This document shows positions 21,080 to 31,080 of a stretch of 64,000 nt of DNA, piece by piece. How positions within the stretch are numbered: the stretch's first letter is position 1; each line of letters opens with the position of its first letter. The notes beneath the pieces were generated by a model. The model saw nothing but the letters and a program-made list of their open reading frames with translations, was not told where the DNA came from and did no database searches. This stretch comes from a bacterium (lineage in GTDB: Bacteria > Zhuqueibacterota > Zhuqueibacteria > Residuimicrobiales > Krinioviventaceae): NCBI GenBank assembly GCA_963693055.1, contig OY843751.1, positions 2,624,001 through 2,688,000 of the forward strand. Reading direction: 5' to 3'. The position numbers were made by a program, and so were the translations under genes.

Positions 21080-22453
21080 ATGGCAAAAAACAAAAAAGAT
21101 AAAACACATTTTGTATGTCAAAACTGTGGCTACGATACTTTGCGTTGGCAAGGCAAATGTCCATCTTGTGACTCTTGGAATAGTTTTGTTGAAGAACGCG
21201 TTCAGACAGTTGCTGATGTGGTAACAATTTCTGATATAGTGGAGCACAAGGCCCCGCAGATATTAAGTAAAATCATTACAGATGATGCGCCCAGATTGAA
21301 AACCGCAAGCACTGAATTTAATCGAGTGCTGGGTGGAGGAATTGTTCCGGGTTCTGTAATTTTGCTTGGTGGTGATCCGGGAATTGGTAAATCTACATTG
21401 TTGCTGCAAGAGGCCGCCCATTTTACCAAACCAGATTTTTCTGTACTTTATATCAGCGGTGAAGAGTCAACCCGGCAGATTAAAATGCGGGCAAATCGCT
21501 TAAACATAGATTCTGAACATTTATATGTATTAGCAGAAACAGAGTTAGAAGCTTCGATAAATGCTATTGAAAAGATTAAGCCATCACTGGTGATCATAGA
21601 CTCTATTCAAACCGTTTATGCCAGTTATCTTGATAGTGCACCAGGCAGTATTAGCCAGGTTCGTGAATGTGCGTTAAAGTTTATACAGGTTGCCAAATCT
21701 AATACAATTCCCATTATATTTGTTGGCCATGTTACAAAAGAAGGCTATCTGGCAGGACCTAAAGTTTTAGAACATATGGTAGACGCTTTACTTTTATTTG
21801 AAGGTGATCGTGACCATTTTCATCGAATATTAAGATCTGCGAAAAATCGATTTGGTTCAACAAGAGAAATTGGCGTTTTTGAAATGATTGATCGGGGGTT
21901 GATGGATGTTGTAAATCCTTCTGCTGTTTTTTTATCTGAACGTCGTGCAGATACCAGTGGTTCAACTGTGATCTGTTGTATGGAAGGAACACGACCCATT
22001 TTGGTAGAAATTCAGGCTTTGATTGCACCAGCAAATTACGGGATGCCGCAACGTACAACCACCGGTTTGGATTACAAAAGAACAGGAATGCTGCTGGCAG
22101 TATTGGAAAAACGTTTAGGATATAGAATTAAAAATATGGATGTTTTTGTGAATGCGGTTGGCGGTATGAGAATTGATGAGACAGCAGCAGATTTAGGTGT
22201 GCTGGCTTGTATGGCATCAAACATTAGCAATAAAATTGTAGATTCTCAAGCTCTGTTGCTTGGTGAAGTCGGCCTGGGTGGCGAATTACGATCTGTATCT
22301 CATATTGAATCCCGTTTGGCAGAAGCTGAAAAAATGGGATTCCTTTATGCAATCATCCCGGCAAGTAACAAAAAAAGTATTTCAAAATCATTTGATATAG
22401 AAATAAGAACAGCTAAAACAGCTCAGGAAGCATTATCACAAATATTAAACTAG
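21080..22453 (+). CDS. radA: DNA repair protein RadA/Sms
   Basis: C4 zinc finger, GGDPGIGKST, KNRFG, Lon-like C-terminus. Confidence 0.97.
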   Translation: MAKNKKDKTHFVCQNCGYDTLRWQGKCPSCDSWNSFVEERVQTVADVVTISDIVEHKAPQILSKIITDDAPRLKTASTEFNRVLGGGIVPGSVILLGGDPGIGKSTLLLQEAAHFTKPDFSVLYISGEESTRQIKMRANRLNIDSEHLYVLAETELEASINAIEKIKPSLVIIDSIQTVYASYLDSAPGSISQVRECALKFIQVAKSNTIPIIFVGHVTKEGYLAGPKVLEHMVDALLLFEGDRDHFHRILRSAKNRFGSTREIGVFEMIDRGLMDVVNPSAVFLSERRADTSGSTVICCMEGTRPILVEIQALIAPANYGMPQRTTTGLDYKRTGMLLAVLEKRLGYRIKNMDVFVNAVGGMRIDETAADLGVLACMASNISNKIVDSQALLLGEVGLGGELRSVSHIESRLAEAEKMGFLYAIIPASNKKSISKSFDIEIRTAKTAQEALSQILN

Positions 22454-22454
22454 T

Positions 22455-23576
22455 ATGAAATTTACATTAGAACACACAGATCACACAACACAAGCCCGTG
22501 CCGGTATACTTGAAACCGCGCATGGCGTTATTAAAACCCCAATATTTATGCCGGTAGGTACTCAGGCATCTGTTAAAGCGATCTCTCCGCTGGATTTGAA
22601 CGAGTTAAAGGCGCAAATTATTTTAGGAAATACGTATCATTTATATTTGCGTCCCGGGACAGAGATTGTTAAAAAAGCAGGGGGGATTCAAAAGTTTAGC
22701 AGTTGGCACGGTCCTGTTTTGACAGATAGTGGTGGTTACCAGGTTTTTAGTTTAAGCGATTTGAACAAAGTCTCCAAAGAAGGCTTCAAGTTTCAATCTC
22801 ATCTTGATGGTTCTTATCATCATTTTACTCCTGAGAATGTAGTTCAGCATCAGCGTGAGTTGGGTTCTGATATTATGATGGTACTTGACGAATGTGTTCC
22901 TTATCCTGCTGAATTTCATTATGTCAAAAAGTCCAATGCCATTACAATAGATTGGGCCGCAAGAAGTATAAAAACATTCAAAGAAATGGGCCCTGTGCAC
23001 GATTTTGATCAAACCCTTTTTGCTATTGTTCAGGGTGGAACCTATACAGACCTTCGCAGGGATTGTGCAAATGCCCTGGTGGATATGGATTTCCCGGGTT
23101 ATGCAGTAGGTGGTTTATCGGTTGGTGAACCCAAAGATGATATGTACAACATGACATCTGTTTGTACAGAAATTTTACCCAAAGAAAAACCCCGTTATCT
23201 TATGGGTGTAGGAAAACCAGAAGATCTTTTAGAAGGAATTGAACGTGGAATAGACATGTTTGATTGTATATTGCCAACCAGAAATGGTAGAAATGGCATG
23301 GCATTTACAACCGAGGGACCTGTATCTATCAAAAATGCAAAGCATAAAGAATCTTTTATACCGCTGGATTCTCATTGTGATTGTTATACATGCAGGACTT
23401 TTAGTCGTGCATATTTGCGCCATTTGTATGTAGCTCAGGAATTATTGGTTTTAAAATTACTCAGTTATCACAATATTCATTTTTATTTACGTTTTGTAGA
23501 AAATATAAGAACTGCAATTTTAGAGAACCGTTTCTCTCAATTTAAAAAAGATTTTTTAACCGTTTATAACTCGTAA
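22455..23576 (+). CDS. tgt: tRNA-guanine transglycosylase
   Basis: TPIFMPVGT, NTYHL, TDSGGYQ, CDCYTC...H. Confidence 0.97.
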   Translation: MKFTLEHTDHTTQARAGILETAHGVIKTPIFMPVGTQASVKAISPLDLNELKAQIILGNTYHLYLRPGTEIVKKAGGIQKFSSWHGPVLTDSGGYQVFSLSDLNKVSKEGFKFQSHLDGSYHHFTPENVVQHQRELGSDIMMVLDECVPYPAEFHYVKKSNAITIDWAARSIKTFKEMGPVHDFDQTLFAIVQGGTYTDLRRDCANALVDMDFPGYAVGGLSVGEPKDDMYNMTSVCTEILPKEKPRYLMGVGKPEDLLEGIERGIDMFDCILPTRNGRNGMAFTTEGPVSIKNAKHKESFIPLDSHCDCYTCRTFSRAYLRHLYVAQELLVLKLLSYHNIHFYLRFVENIRTAILENRFSQFKKDFLTVYNS

Positions 23577-23597
23577 ACACATTAAAAGGAGTTCAAT

Positions 23598-23948
23598 ATG
23601 TTGTCAACAATGTTATACGTTTTTGCCATGGCAGGCGGTACAGCACCACAATCAGGCGAAGCAGCAAATCCAATAGGTATGTTTTTGCCTATTATCTTGA
23701 TTTTTGCAATCATGTACTTGTTAATATTTCGTCCCCAGGCTAAAAAACAAAAAGAGCACCAAAAGATGTTGAACACTCTTGAAAAAGGTGTTGAAGTTGT
23801 TACCGCAGGTGGTATCTATGGTACCGTGATGGGTTTAAAAAAGAATGATACCGTAGTAATTTTGAAAATTGCTGACAATGTGAAAATTGATATTACCAAA
23901 TCTTCAATTTCTCAGATTGTAATGCCAGAAGACACTCAAAAGAAATAA
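23598..23948 (+). CDS. yajC: Preprotein translocase subunit YajC
   Basis: TM + RPQAKKQKEHQKM, VVTAGGIYG; follows tgt. Confidence 0.94.
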   Translation: MLSTMLYVFAMAGGTAPQSGEAANPIGMFLPIILIFAIMYLLIFRPQAKKQKEHQKMLNTLEKGVEVVTAGGIYGTVMGLKKNDTVVILKIADNVKIDITKSSISQIVMPEDTQKK

Positions 23949-23961
23949 TTGGTTTACTGTT

Positions 23962-24891
23962 ATGAAAATTGTGTTTATGGGAACACCAGAATTTGCTGTT
24001 CCCTGTTTTAATACGTTGTTAAATCACCATGACATTATTGGAGTTGTAACTGTTCCGGATAAACCGGCAGGAAGAGGGCGTAAGCTAAAAGCTTCTGCAA
24101 TTAAACAGGCTGCTCTAGATGCAGGCATACCTGTAGCTCAACCTGAGGATTTAAAATCCGCTGATTTTATTAATCAGTTAAAAGAGTGGAACGCTGATCT
24201 TTATGCTGTTGTTGCCTTCAGAATTTTACCTGAAATTGTGTTTACTATTCCACCAAAAGGAACGGTGAATTTACACGCATCACTCTTGCCGCAATTACGC
24301 GGTGCGGCTCCAATTAATTGGGCTTTGATCAATGGTGATAATCAATCTGGAGTTACTACTTTTTTTATTGAAAGAAAAGTTGATACCGGAAATATTTTAT
24401 TACAGCAGAGTGTGGAATTAACTCCATATACTACTGCTGGTGAATTGCATGATAAGCTGTCAGGAACCGGCGCTCAGGTGTTGTTAGATACCTGTAATGG
24501 TATTGAAGAAAATACACTAAAAGCTCAACCTCAGAAAGGTGAGGTTACTCTTGCCCCCAAGATCACCAAAGAATTGTGCAATATCGATTGGAACCAGTCT
24601 GCTGAAAATATCCATAACCTGATACGCGGATTGTCTCCTTTTCCCGGTGCTTTTTCTTATCTTGATGGCAAACAGGTGAAAATCATAAAAACAGATTTTT
24701 CTAATGATATCAAAAAGGACAGTTTTCCTGGCAGAATATCTCAAACTGGAAAAGCAGAGATACTGGTTGAGACTATTAAAGGTACTTTGATAATCAAAGA
24801 GCTCAAACCTGAAGGCAAACGTTCCATGGCTGTTGAAGAGTATTTACGAGGCAATTCTCTTGAGTCAGGCAAAATATTTGGTGAACATTAA
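23962..24891 (+). CDS. fmt: Methionyl-tRNA formyltransferase
   Basis: FMGTPEFA, NLHASLLPQLRGAAPI. Confidence 0.97.
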   Translation: MKIVFMGTPEFAVPCFNTLLNHHDIIGVVTVPDKPAGRGRKLKASAIKQAALDAGIPVAQPEDLKSADFINQLKEWNADLYAVVAFRILPEIVFTIPPKGTVNLHASLLPQLRGAAPINWALINGDNQSGVTTFFIERKVDTGNILLQQSVELTPYTTAGELHDKLSGTGAQVLLDTCNGIEENTLKAQPQKGEVTLAPKITKELCNIDWNQSAENIHNLIRGLSPFPGAFSYLDGKQVKIIKTDFSNDIKKDSFPGRISQTGKAEILVETIKGTLIIKELKPEGKRSMAVEEYLRGNSLESGKIFGEH

Positions 24892-24895
24892 TCTT

Positions 24896-26239
24896 ATGGG
24901 TTCATCAATAAAAAGTACTGCCAGGTATTGGGCATTTCAAGCTATTGCAAGGGTTGAAGGTGACAATGCTTATACAGATTTGGTGTTATCATCACTTTTA
25001 GACAAAAGCCGGAATTTTACTAAAGATCAAGCTGCAATAAATGAAATTGTCAAAGGAGTTATAACGTGGAAACTTTTACTCGACTGGATTGCAAAATCAT
25101 TTTTAAACAAGCCAGAATCTATTCCTCAGGATATTATATGGCTATTGTGGCTAGGTATTTACCAGATTAAGTTTTTAAATACACCTGATTTTGCCGCTGT
25201 CAATGAAACTGTAGAACTGGCAAAGGCTTTGAGATTACACAAATGGACTCGATTAATTAATGCGGTACTAAGAAATACTATACGTAATGCAAACTCTATT
25301 CAATTACCTGATAAGGAAAAAGATCCAGTCAGATTTTTGTCTGTTTCTCAGTCTCATCCTGAATGGTTAATAGAGCATTGGTTGGATGAATTTGGATTTA
25401 AAAAGACAGAATCATTGTGCATAGCAAATAATAAAGTGCCAAATGTATCAATAAGAATTAATCCTGTAAAAACATCAGGTGAGCATGTTGAACGCATTTT
25501 GCAGGAGAATCAATTTAGTTACAAGAAATCAAAGTTACCCGGCTTTTACCGTATAGCACAAATGGATAGTGCAATATTCCGCGGGATGATTAATGATGGT
25601 TTGATTACGGTTCAAGATGAAAGTGCAGCACTTGTTTCATTACTGGTAGATCCACAACCACAATCAGTAATATTTGACCTGTGTGCTGCTCCGGGAGGTA
25701 AAACAACTCATCTTGCTGAATTGAGTAAAGATGCAGCTGTAATTGTAGCAGGTGATCTAAATCATGCACGCGCAGGTTTGGTCAGAAAAACAGCGAACCG
25801 GTTGGGGGTAAATTCTATTAACACTCTAATTTCTGATGCTCTACATTTTCCTGCAAAAGAAGCTGATTGTGTACTTGTTGACGCGCCATGTTCCGGGCTG
25901 GGAGTTTTACGAAAAAAGCCGGACTTGAGATGGAACAAAACAAATACTGATATTTCTTTATTGAATGTTATACAAAAAAATATTTTACAACATGCTGCTC
26001 AACTGGTAAAAAATGGTGGAACTCTGGTTTACAGTACGTGTACAATTGAAAAAAAGGAAAATGAAAATATAATATTTGATTTTCTTGAAAAAAATCCCAA
26101 TTTTGGTATACAAAATTTAGAAACAAATGCATTATTGAATCGTTTTTTAACTAAAGATAAAATGATACGTACCTGGCCTGACCGAGATAATATGGATGGT
26201 AGTTTTTCCGTTAAATTGAAAAAAATTAAAGGAATTTAA
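24896..26239 (+). CDS. rsmB: 16S rRNA m5C967 methyltransferase RsmB/Sun
   Basis: NusB-like N-terminus, QDES, DLCAAPGGKT, DAPCSGLG, YSTCT; start could be GTG 24881. Confidence 0.93.
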   Translation: MGSSIKSTARYWAFQAIARVEGDNAYTDLVLSSLLDKSRNFTKDQAAINEIVKGVITWKLLLDWIAKSFLNKPESIPQDIIWLLWLGIYQIKFLNTPDFAAVNETVELAKALRLHKWTRLINAVLRNTIRNANSIQLPDKEKDPVRFLSVSQSHPEWLIEHWLDEFGFKKTESLCIANNKVPNVSIRINPVKTSGEHVERILQENQFSYKKSKLPGFYRIAQMDSAIFRGMINDGLITVQDESAALVSLLVDPQPQSVIFDLCAAPGGKTTHLAELSKDAAVIVAGDLNHARAGLVRKTANRLGVNSINTLISDALHFPAKEADCVLVDAPCSGLGVLRKKPDLRWNKTNTDISLLNVIQKNILQHAAQLVKNGGTLVYSTCTIEKKENENIIFDFLEKNPNFGIQNLETNALLNRFLTKDKMIRTWPDRDNMDGSFSVKLKKIKGI

Positions 26240-26241
26240 TT

Positions 26242-27018
26242 TTGAAAAAGATAAACTGGAAATCTTTTTTTCAATGGTTTCTATTTGGCGTTTCAACAAT
26301 TTTAATATTTCTACTCTTTTATTTTATTTTTGATAAAATTGTAATGCCATTATATACCCGACATTCACAACAAGTTGTTGTACCTGATATCACAAACAAA
26401 AGTATGCGTGTTTCTGAAAAATTGTTAAAAGATTCAAATCTGAATCTTGTAGTTTATGAAGAAAAGTTTGATAGTAATTATCCACCAGGATTTGTGCTCT
26501 TTCAAAATCCTGCTCCCGGATCAAAGGTTAAAAAGGGAAGACGTATATATTTAACTGTAGGCAAAGGTCAGCAAATTATAGAAATGCCGCAATTAATTGG
26601 CAATTCAGAACGCGATGCTAAATTTATACTTTCCCAAAACAAATTGGTATTGAAAAATATTAAATACAAAAATGATAATGAATATCTAGTTGGTGTTACC
26701 TGCAATCAGTCTGTATCACCCGGTGAAATGGTTGCCGTTGGTGAAGAAATTAATATTACAGTTAGTCTTGGAAGAGATCCTAACCGGGTAATTGTACCCG
26801 AAGTTGTTGGGAAATCACTTAAAGATGCTATTTATAGTTTAAAATCCGCAGGTCTTTTTATAACACAATACGAATATCAAAGTACCGATAAAGTTTTGCC
26901 GAACACTGTATTGGGACAATCTCTTTCTCCCGGTACACAAGTAACCAAAAATGATTCAATCCGTCTCGTACTTAGTAAACTTCCCGGCAATGTGGATGAG
27001 GAGAAATTGCAATGGTAA
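26242..27018 (+). CDS. Membrane protein with three PASTA domains
   Basis: N-terminal TM; repeats VVPDITNKS / MPQLIGNS / VPEVVGKS...Q...PG. Confidence 0.9.
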   Translation: MKKINWKSFFQWFLFGVSTILIFLLFYFIFDKIVMPLYTRHSQQVVVPDITNKSMRVSEKLLKDSNLNLVVYEEKFDSNYPPGFVLFQNPAPGSKVKKGRRIYLTVGKGQQIIEMPQLIGNSERDAKFILSQNKLVLKNIKYKNDNEYLVGVTCNQSVSPGEMVAVGEEINITVSLGRDPNRVIVPEVVGKSLKDAIYSLKSAGLFITQYEYQSTDKVLPNTVLGQSLSPGTQVTKNDSIRLVLSKLPGNVDEEKLQW

Positions 27019-27662
27019 AAATAGCCCCGTCAGTTCTTAGCGCAGATTTTGCATATATGTCAGATCAGATACAGGATGCAGAAAAGGGTGGAGCAGATTG
27101 GATCCATCTGGATATTATGGATGGCCACTTTGTACCCAATATAACCTTTGGCCCATTTATCATTAAAAGTTTAAGAAAACTAACCAATCTAACTTTTGAT
27201 GCTCACTTGATGATTGAAAATGCAGATTTATATCTTGAAGATTTTAAAAATGCCGGTGTTGACCAACTTACAGTACATTATGAAGCATGCCCACATTTAT
27301 GGAGCACAATCGATAAAATCCACGCACTTGGCTTAAAAGCTGGTGTTACCCTGAATCCCGCTACACCTGTTTCCCTTATTGAATCTATTTTACATAAAGT
27401 AGAGTTGGTACTTGTAATGACTGTTGAGCCAGGATTTGGCGGACAAAAATTTATACCTGAAATGTTGGAAAAAATTCAACATTTATATCAATTCAAAGTA
27501 ATGAACGGTTTAGACTATCATATACAGGTAGACGGCGGAATTGATAAGGAAACCGCACCTCTTGTAGTAAATGCCGGTGCAGACGTTTTGGTTGCAGGAA
27601 GTGCTATTTTTAATCATAAAGATATTAAAGGTGCCATAGATAACTTAAAAGCCGTTTTGTAG
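27012..27662 (+). CDS. rpe: Ribulose-phosphate 3-epimerase
   Basis: IAPSVLSADF, HLDIMDGHFVPN, MTVEPGFGGQ, VDGG. Confidence 0.97.
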   Translation: MVKIAPSVLSADFAYMSDQIQDAEKGGADWIHLDIMDGHFVPNITFGPFIIKSLRKLTNLTFDAHLMIENADLYLEDFKNAGVDQLTVHYEACPHLWSTIDKIHALGLKAGVTLNPATPVSLIESILHKVELVLVMTVEPGFGGQKFIPEMLEKIQHLYQFKVMNGLDYHIQVDGGIDKETAPLVVNAGADVLVAGSAIFNHKDIKGAIDNLKAVL

Positions 27663-27701
27663 ATATAAATAGAAATTTTTTTCGAATAAAATAAATTTCT
27701 C

Positions 27702-27730
27702 TTGACACTCTCCCTTTTGGTTTATATATT
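27702..27730 (+). promoter_or_regulatory. Sigma70 promoter of the cold-shock gene
   Basis: TTGACA-17 bp-TATATT. Confidence 0.65.
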
Positions 27731-27787
27731 ATAAAGTCAATATAATTTTTATTTTTTTAAAATTTTTGCCAAAAGCAGGAGGGAAAA

Positions 27788-27988
27788 ATGCCAATAGGCA
27801 AAGTTAAATGGTTCAATGACAGTAAGGGTTTTGGCTTTATTGAACAAGAAAATGGCGATGATGTTTTTGTTCATTATTCAGTGATAGATATGGATGGTTT
27901 TAAAACATTATCCGAAGGTCTTGATGTAGAGTTTGATGTTCGGAATAGTGATAAAGGACTGCAGGCGACACGAGTTACTAAAGCTTAA
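27788..27988 (+). CDS. Cold-shock protein (Csp family)
   Basis: [22 protein letters not shown]. Confidence 0.97.
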   Translation: MPIGKVKWFNDSKGFGFIEQENGDDVFVHYSVIDMDGFKTLSEGLDVEFDVRNSDKGLQATRVTKA

Positions 27989-28008
27989 ATTACCCATAAT
28001 TTATTGAC

Positions 28009-28043
28009 AAGCCCCGTATTTTTTTTATACGGGGTTTTTTTTT
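28009..28043 (+). terminator. Rho-independent terminator
   Basis: GCCCCGTAT...ATACGGGGT followed by a T-tract. Confidence 0.85.
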
Positions 28044-28100
28044 GTTATAAAAATATTTATTTGGATTATTTAAAATTATTTTAATACATTATACTATTAG

Positions 28101-28568
28101 ATGGAAGAAAATACAAGGCTGGTAATGAAACAGGTATTTACAAAAAAAGATATAGATAAAATTGCACACGTGCTGGATGTTGAGCCCAAGCACAAGGGCA
28201 ATAATTATCGGTTTGTTCTTGTTAATCCCGATACGATGCAGCAACTGTCTTTTGAAATTTACCCTGAAATTCCTATTGGAAATAAAACCGGAAATCTGGT
28301 CTGTGTTTATGCTCCATTTGCACATTTACAGCTTCACTTCTGTACCGGATATGTAGTAAGTGAAATGCTGGGTGAGGTAACCTTTATTGGCGAAAGTGGA
28401 GATAAACTGTCTGGTTTGATCATAGAAAAGGGTGCAGGTTGTTCAATGCATTCCAATGTTGACAAGGAGATTTTATCCGGAGATTTTACCACATTAGGCC
28501 CTGAAATCATGTTGTCTGGTATTGCTTTATCTTTAGCCGAAGATATTTTGCCTGATACTAAAGAATAG
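28101..28568 (+). CDS. Hypothetical protein
   Basis: 155-aa ORF 6 bp upstream of xerD; no motif recognised. Confidence 0.75.
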   Translation: MEENTRLVMKQVFTKKDIDKIAHVLDVEPKHKGNNYRFVLVNPDTMQQLSFEIYPEIPIGNKTGNLVCVYAPFAHLQLHFCTGYVVSEMLGEVTFIGESGDKLSGLIIEKGAGCSMHSNVDKEILSGDFTTLGPEIMLSGIALSLAEDILPDTKE

Positions 28569-28574
28569 TTGTAG

Positions 28575-29483
28575 ATGGATTTACATGATCACCTAAAGGG
28601 GTTTATTGATTATTTAAGAATTGAACGCCAGGTTTCTTTAAATACCGTTGAAGCATATGAACGGGATTTAAAGCGTTACATTGATCATCTTTTATATCTT
28701 GAATTATTGCCTCAGGAACCCATAACACCAAACCATATTGAATCCTATTTGGAAATGCTACACGAAATGCATCTTGCTTCTACATCCATATCCAGAAATT
28801 TATCTGCTGTTAGATCATTTCATCAGTTTTTACTTGGTGAAGGGATTTTTACTAAAGACCCAACCGAAAATATGAATATTCCTAAACCCTGGATGAAATT
28901 ACCCGAGGTTTTGGATGTGCAAGATATTGAGGGCTTGCTGGAACAGCCAGATATTTCGACAGGCAAAGGAATTCGTGACCGTGCAATTATTGAATACATG
29001 TATGCTACAGGTGTACGTGTAACTGAACTGGTCAACTTGAAAATGCAGGATATCCTTTGGGATGATGAATTTGTTCGTGTGTTAGGAAAAGGAAACAAGG
29101 TAAGATATATTCCGGTAAGTCAATCTGCTCTTAAATGGATTCAACAATATTATGAGACGCATCGTGCCAGACTTGCATCTTTGGGTCTATCAGGAGATCG
29201 TGTTTTTCTCAATAAATCCGGCAAAAAACTGAGCAGGCAGTCCATCTGGAAAATGTTAAAAGCATATGCTTTGCAAGGAGGAATTGATAAATTTATCAGC
29301 CCTCATTCGTTACGTCACTCTTTTGCCACACATCTGTTGGAAGGTGGTGCAGATTTAAGAGCTGTTCAGGAAATGTTGGGTCATGCCAGCATTACAACAA
29401 CGCAAATATATACACATCTTGACAGAGAGATGTTAAAAGAAGTAATTAATACGTTTCATCCTATTCAAAATAAAAATTTTTAA
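28575..29483 (+). CDS. xerD: Tyrosine recombinase XerD
   Basis: NTVEAYERDL, YATGVRVTEL, GKGNK.R, PHSLRHSFATHLL, LGHASITTTQIY. Confidence 0.93.
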   Translation: MDLHDHLKGFIDYLRIERQVSLNTVEAYERDLKRYIDHLLYLELLPQEPITPNHIESYLEMLHEMHLASTSISRNLSAVRSFHQFLLGEGIFTKDPTENMNIPKPWMKLPEVLDVQDIEGLLEQPDISTGKGIRDRAIIEYMYATGVRVTELVNLKMQDILWDDEFVRVLGKGNKVRYIPVSQSALKWIQQYYETHRARLASLGLSGDRVFLNKSGKKLSRQSIWKMLKAYALQGGIDKFISPHSLRHSFATHLLEGGADLRAVQEMLGHASITTTQIYTHLDREMLKEVINTFHPIQNKNF

Positions 29484-29488
29484 AATCA

Positions 29489-30229
29489 ATGCAACACAAT
29501 TATATTGGAAATAATGTAATACTTTTAAATACTGTGGATTCCACCAATGCATATCTACAGCGAAATCCTGATTTACCCTGTGGTACGGTGGTTTCAACTG
29601 AATACCAGACCAAGGGTAAAGGCAGAGGGGGCAAGATCTGGATTTCAGAGCGTAACAATGGATTGCTCTTTTCATTTAAATTCAAACCCAATATTCTGGC
29701 CAAAGATTCAGTATACCTGATGTATCTAACATCTGTAGTTTTGTCAAAATACTTGAATGAAAAATATAATATTTCAGCAGGAATCAAATGGCCCAATGAT
29801 ATTTATATTGAAAATAAAAAGTTGGCAGGAATACTATTAGAAGCAAAATCCGGAAGAAAAAGTATTAAATATGTGGTTATAGGTATTGGTGTAAATATTT
29901 CTGAAAATCAGGATAAAAAAAACCTTCCTGATAATTATAGTTTTCTAGATAATTATATTGAAAAGTTTTATAAATTGGAATTTCTTTTCGGTTTTATTGA
30001 TTATTTCAATACTTATTATCACTCTGTAATTGCAAATGAAAATTTTTTCATAGTTGTTTCTGATTGGAATAAACTCTGTATTCATATAGATAAGATGATA
30101 GAGATCACTACACATTCTCAAAAAAACAGGTATATCTTTAAACGGTTAGATGAATCAGGTGCCATTTTGGTAGAATCTGAAATGGGTCATAAATTGTTGA
30201 CAAATGTAGAGGATATAATATGCTGTTAG
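29489..30229 (+). CDS. birA: Biotin--[acetyl-CoA-carboxylase] ligase (no N-terminal HTH)
   Basis: DSTN, QTKGKGRGG, IKWPND, KLAGIL. Confidence 0.93.
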   Translation: MQHNYIGNNVILLNTVDSTNAYLQRNPDLPCGTVVSTEYQTKGKGRGGKIWISERNNGLLFSFKFKPNILAKDSVYLMYLTSVVLSKYLNEKYNISAGIKWPNDIYIENKKLAGILLEAKSGRKSIKYVVIGIGVNISENQDKKNLPDNYSFLDNYIEKFYKLEFLFGFIDYFNTYYHSVIANENFFIVVSDWNKLCIHIDKMIEITTHSQKNRYIFKRLDESGAILVESEMGHKLLTNVEDIICC

Positions 30230-30984
30230 CTATTGATATTGGTAATACTCAAATTGCCGCAGGACTATTTAAAGACGACAATCTTGTTGCTCATTGGAGA
30301 CTTGCCAGTTCTATCAATCGCACTGAAGATGAAACCTGGATCACCATGAAAGCTATTGCTGATTCATTGGGATATGATATTATGAAATCTACTGGTGTTT
30401 CCATATCTTCGGTAGTACCAACAATGACTGCTACATTTGATAAATTATCAAAAAAATACCTGAATCTGGATCCGTTAATTATTAGTCATCAGACTTTGCA
30501 TAATATAGTTCTGGATTATGAAAACCCTGTCAATGTAGGTGCTGACCGAATTTGTAATGCCGAAGCTGGATATGAAAAGTATAAGGCTGCATTGATAATA
30601 GTTGATCTTGGTACTGCAACTACGTTTGATGTAATAGATTCAAAAGGTACATATTTGGGTGGAGTTATTGCACCCGGAATAGAGTCATCTTCATCAATAC
30701 TTCATGAAAAAGCAGCCAGGTTACCCAAAGTTGAGTTGGATTTTCCCGCTTCTGTTATTGGCCGCTCAACCGAAGCCAGTATGCAATCTGGTATTATGTA
30801 TGGTGCAGTTGAAATGGTGAAAGGATTTATTAGTAGAATCAACCAGGAACTGGGCCATTCTCATATTTTGTTAATAACAGGGGGGCTGGGTAAATTTATA
30901 ATGAATAAACTTGATGATGAATATATCCTTGAACCCTTTTTGACCTTAGAAGGGTTAAAGATTCTTTATAAAAATAGAAAATAA
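30220..30984 (+). CDS. coaX: Type III pantothenate kinase
   Basis: AIDIGNT, GADR, VDLGTATT, GGVIAPG. Confidence 0.96.
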   Translation: MLLAIDIGNTQIAAGLFKDDNLVAHWRLASSINRTEDETWITMKAIADSLGYDIMKSTGVSISSVVPTMTATFDKLSKKYLNLDPLIISHQTLHNIVLDYENPVNVGADRICNAEAGYEKYKAALIIVDLGTATTFDVIDSKGTYLGGVIAPGIESSSSILHEKAARLPKVELDFPASVIGRSTEASMQSGIMYGAVEMVKGFISRINQELGHSHILLITGGLGKFIMNKLDDEYILEPFLTLEGLKILYKNRK

Positions 30985-31080
30985 CACTTTTTTTATAAGG
31001 AAAATATTTTATATTATTAATTGAATCAGATCTGGGGTAGATTTGGTCCTATTTACTATTGTGATGATAGGGATGATGAA

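Noticed and set aside
28575-29483. Tyrosine recombinase as a prophage or island integrase
   Set aside because: Sequence and housekeeping context match chromosomal XerD; no att sites or phage genes nearby.
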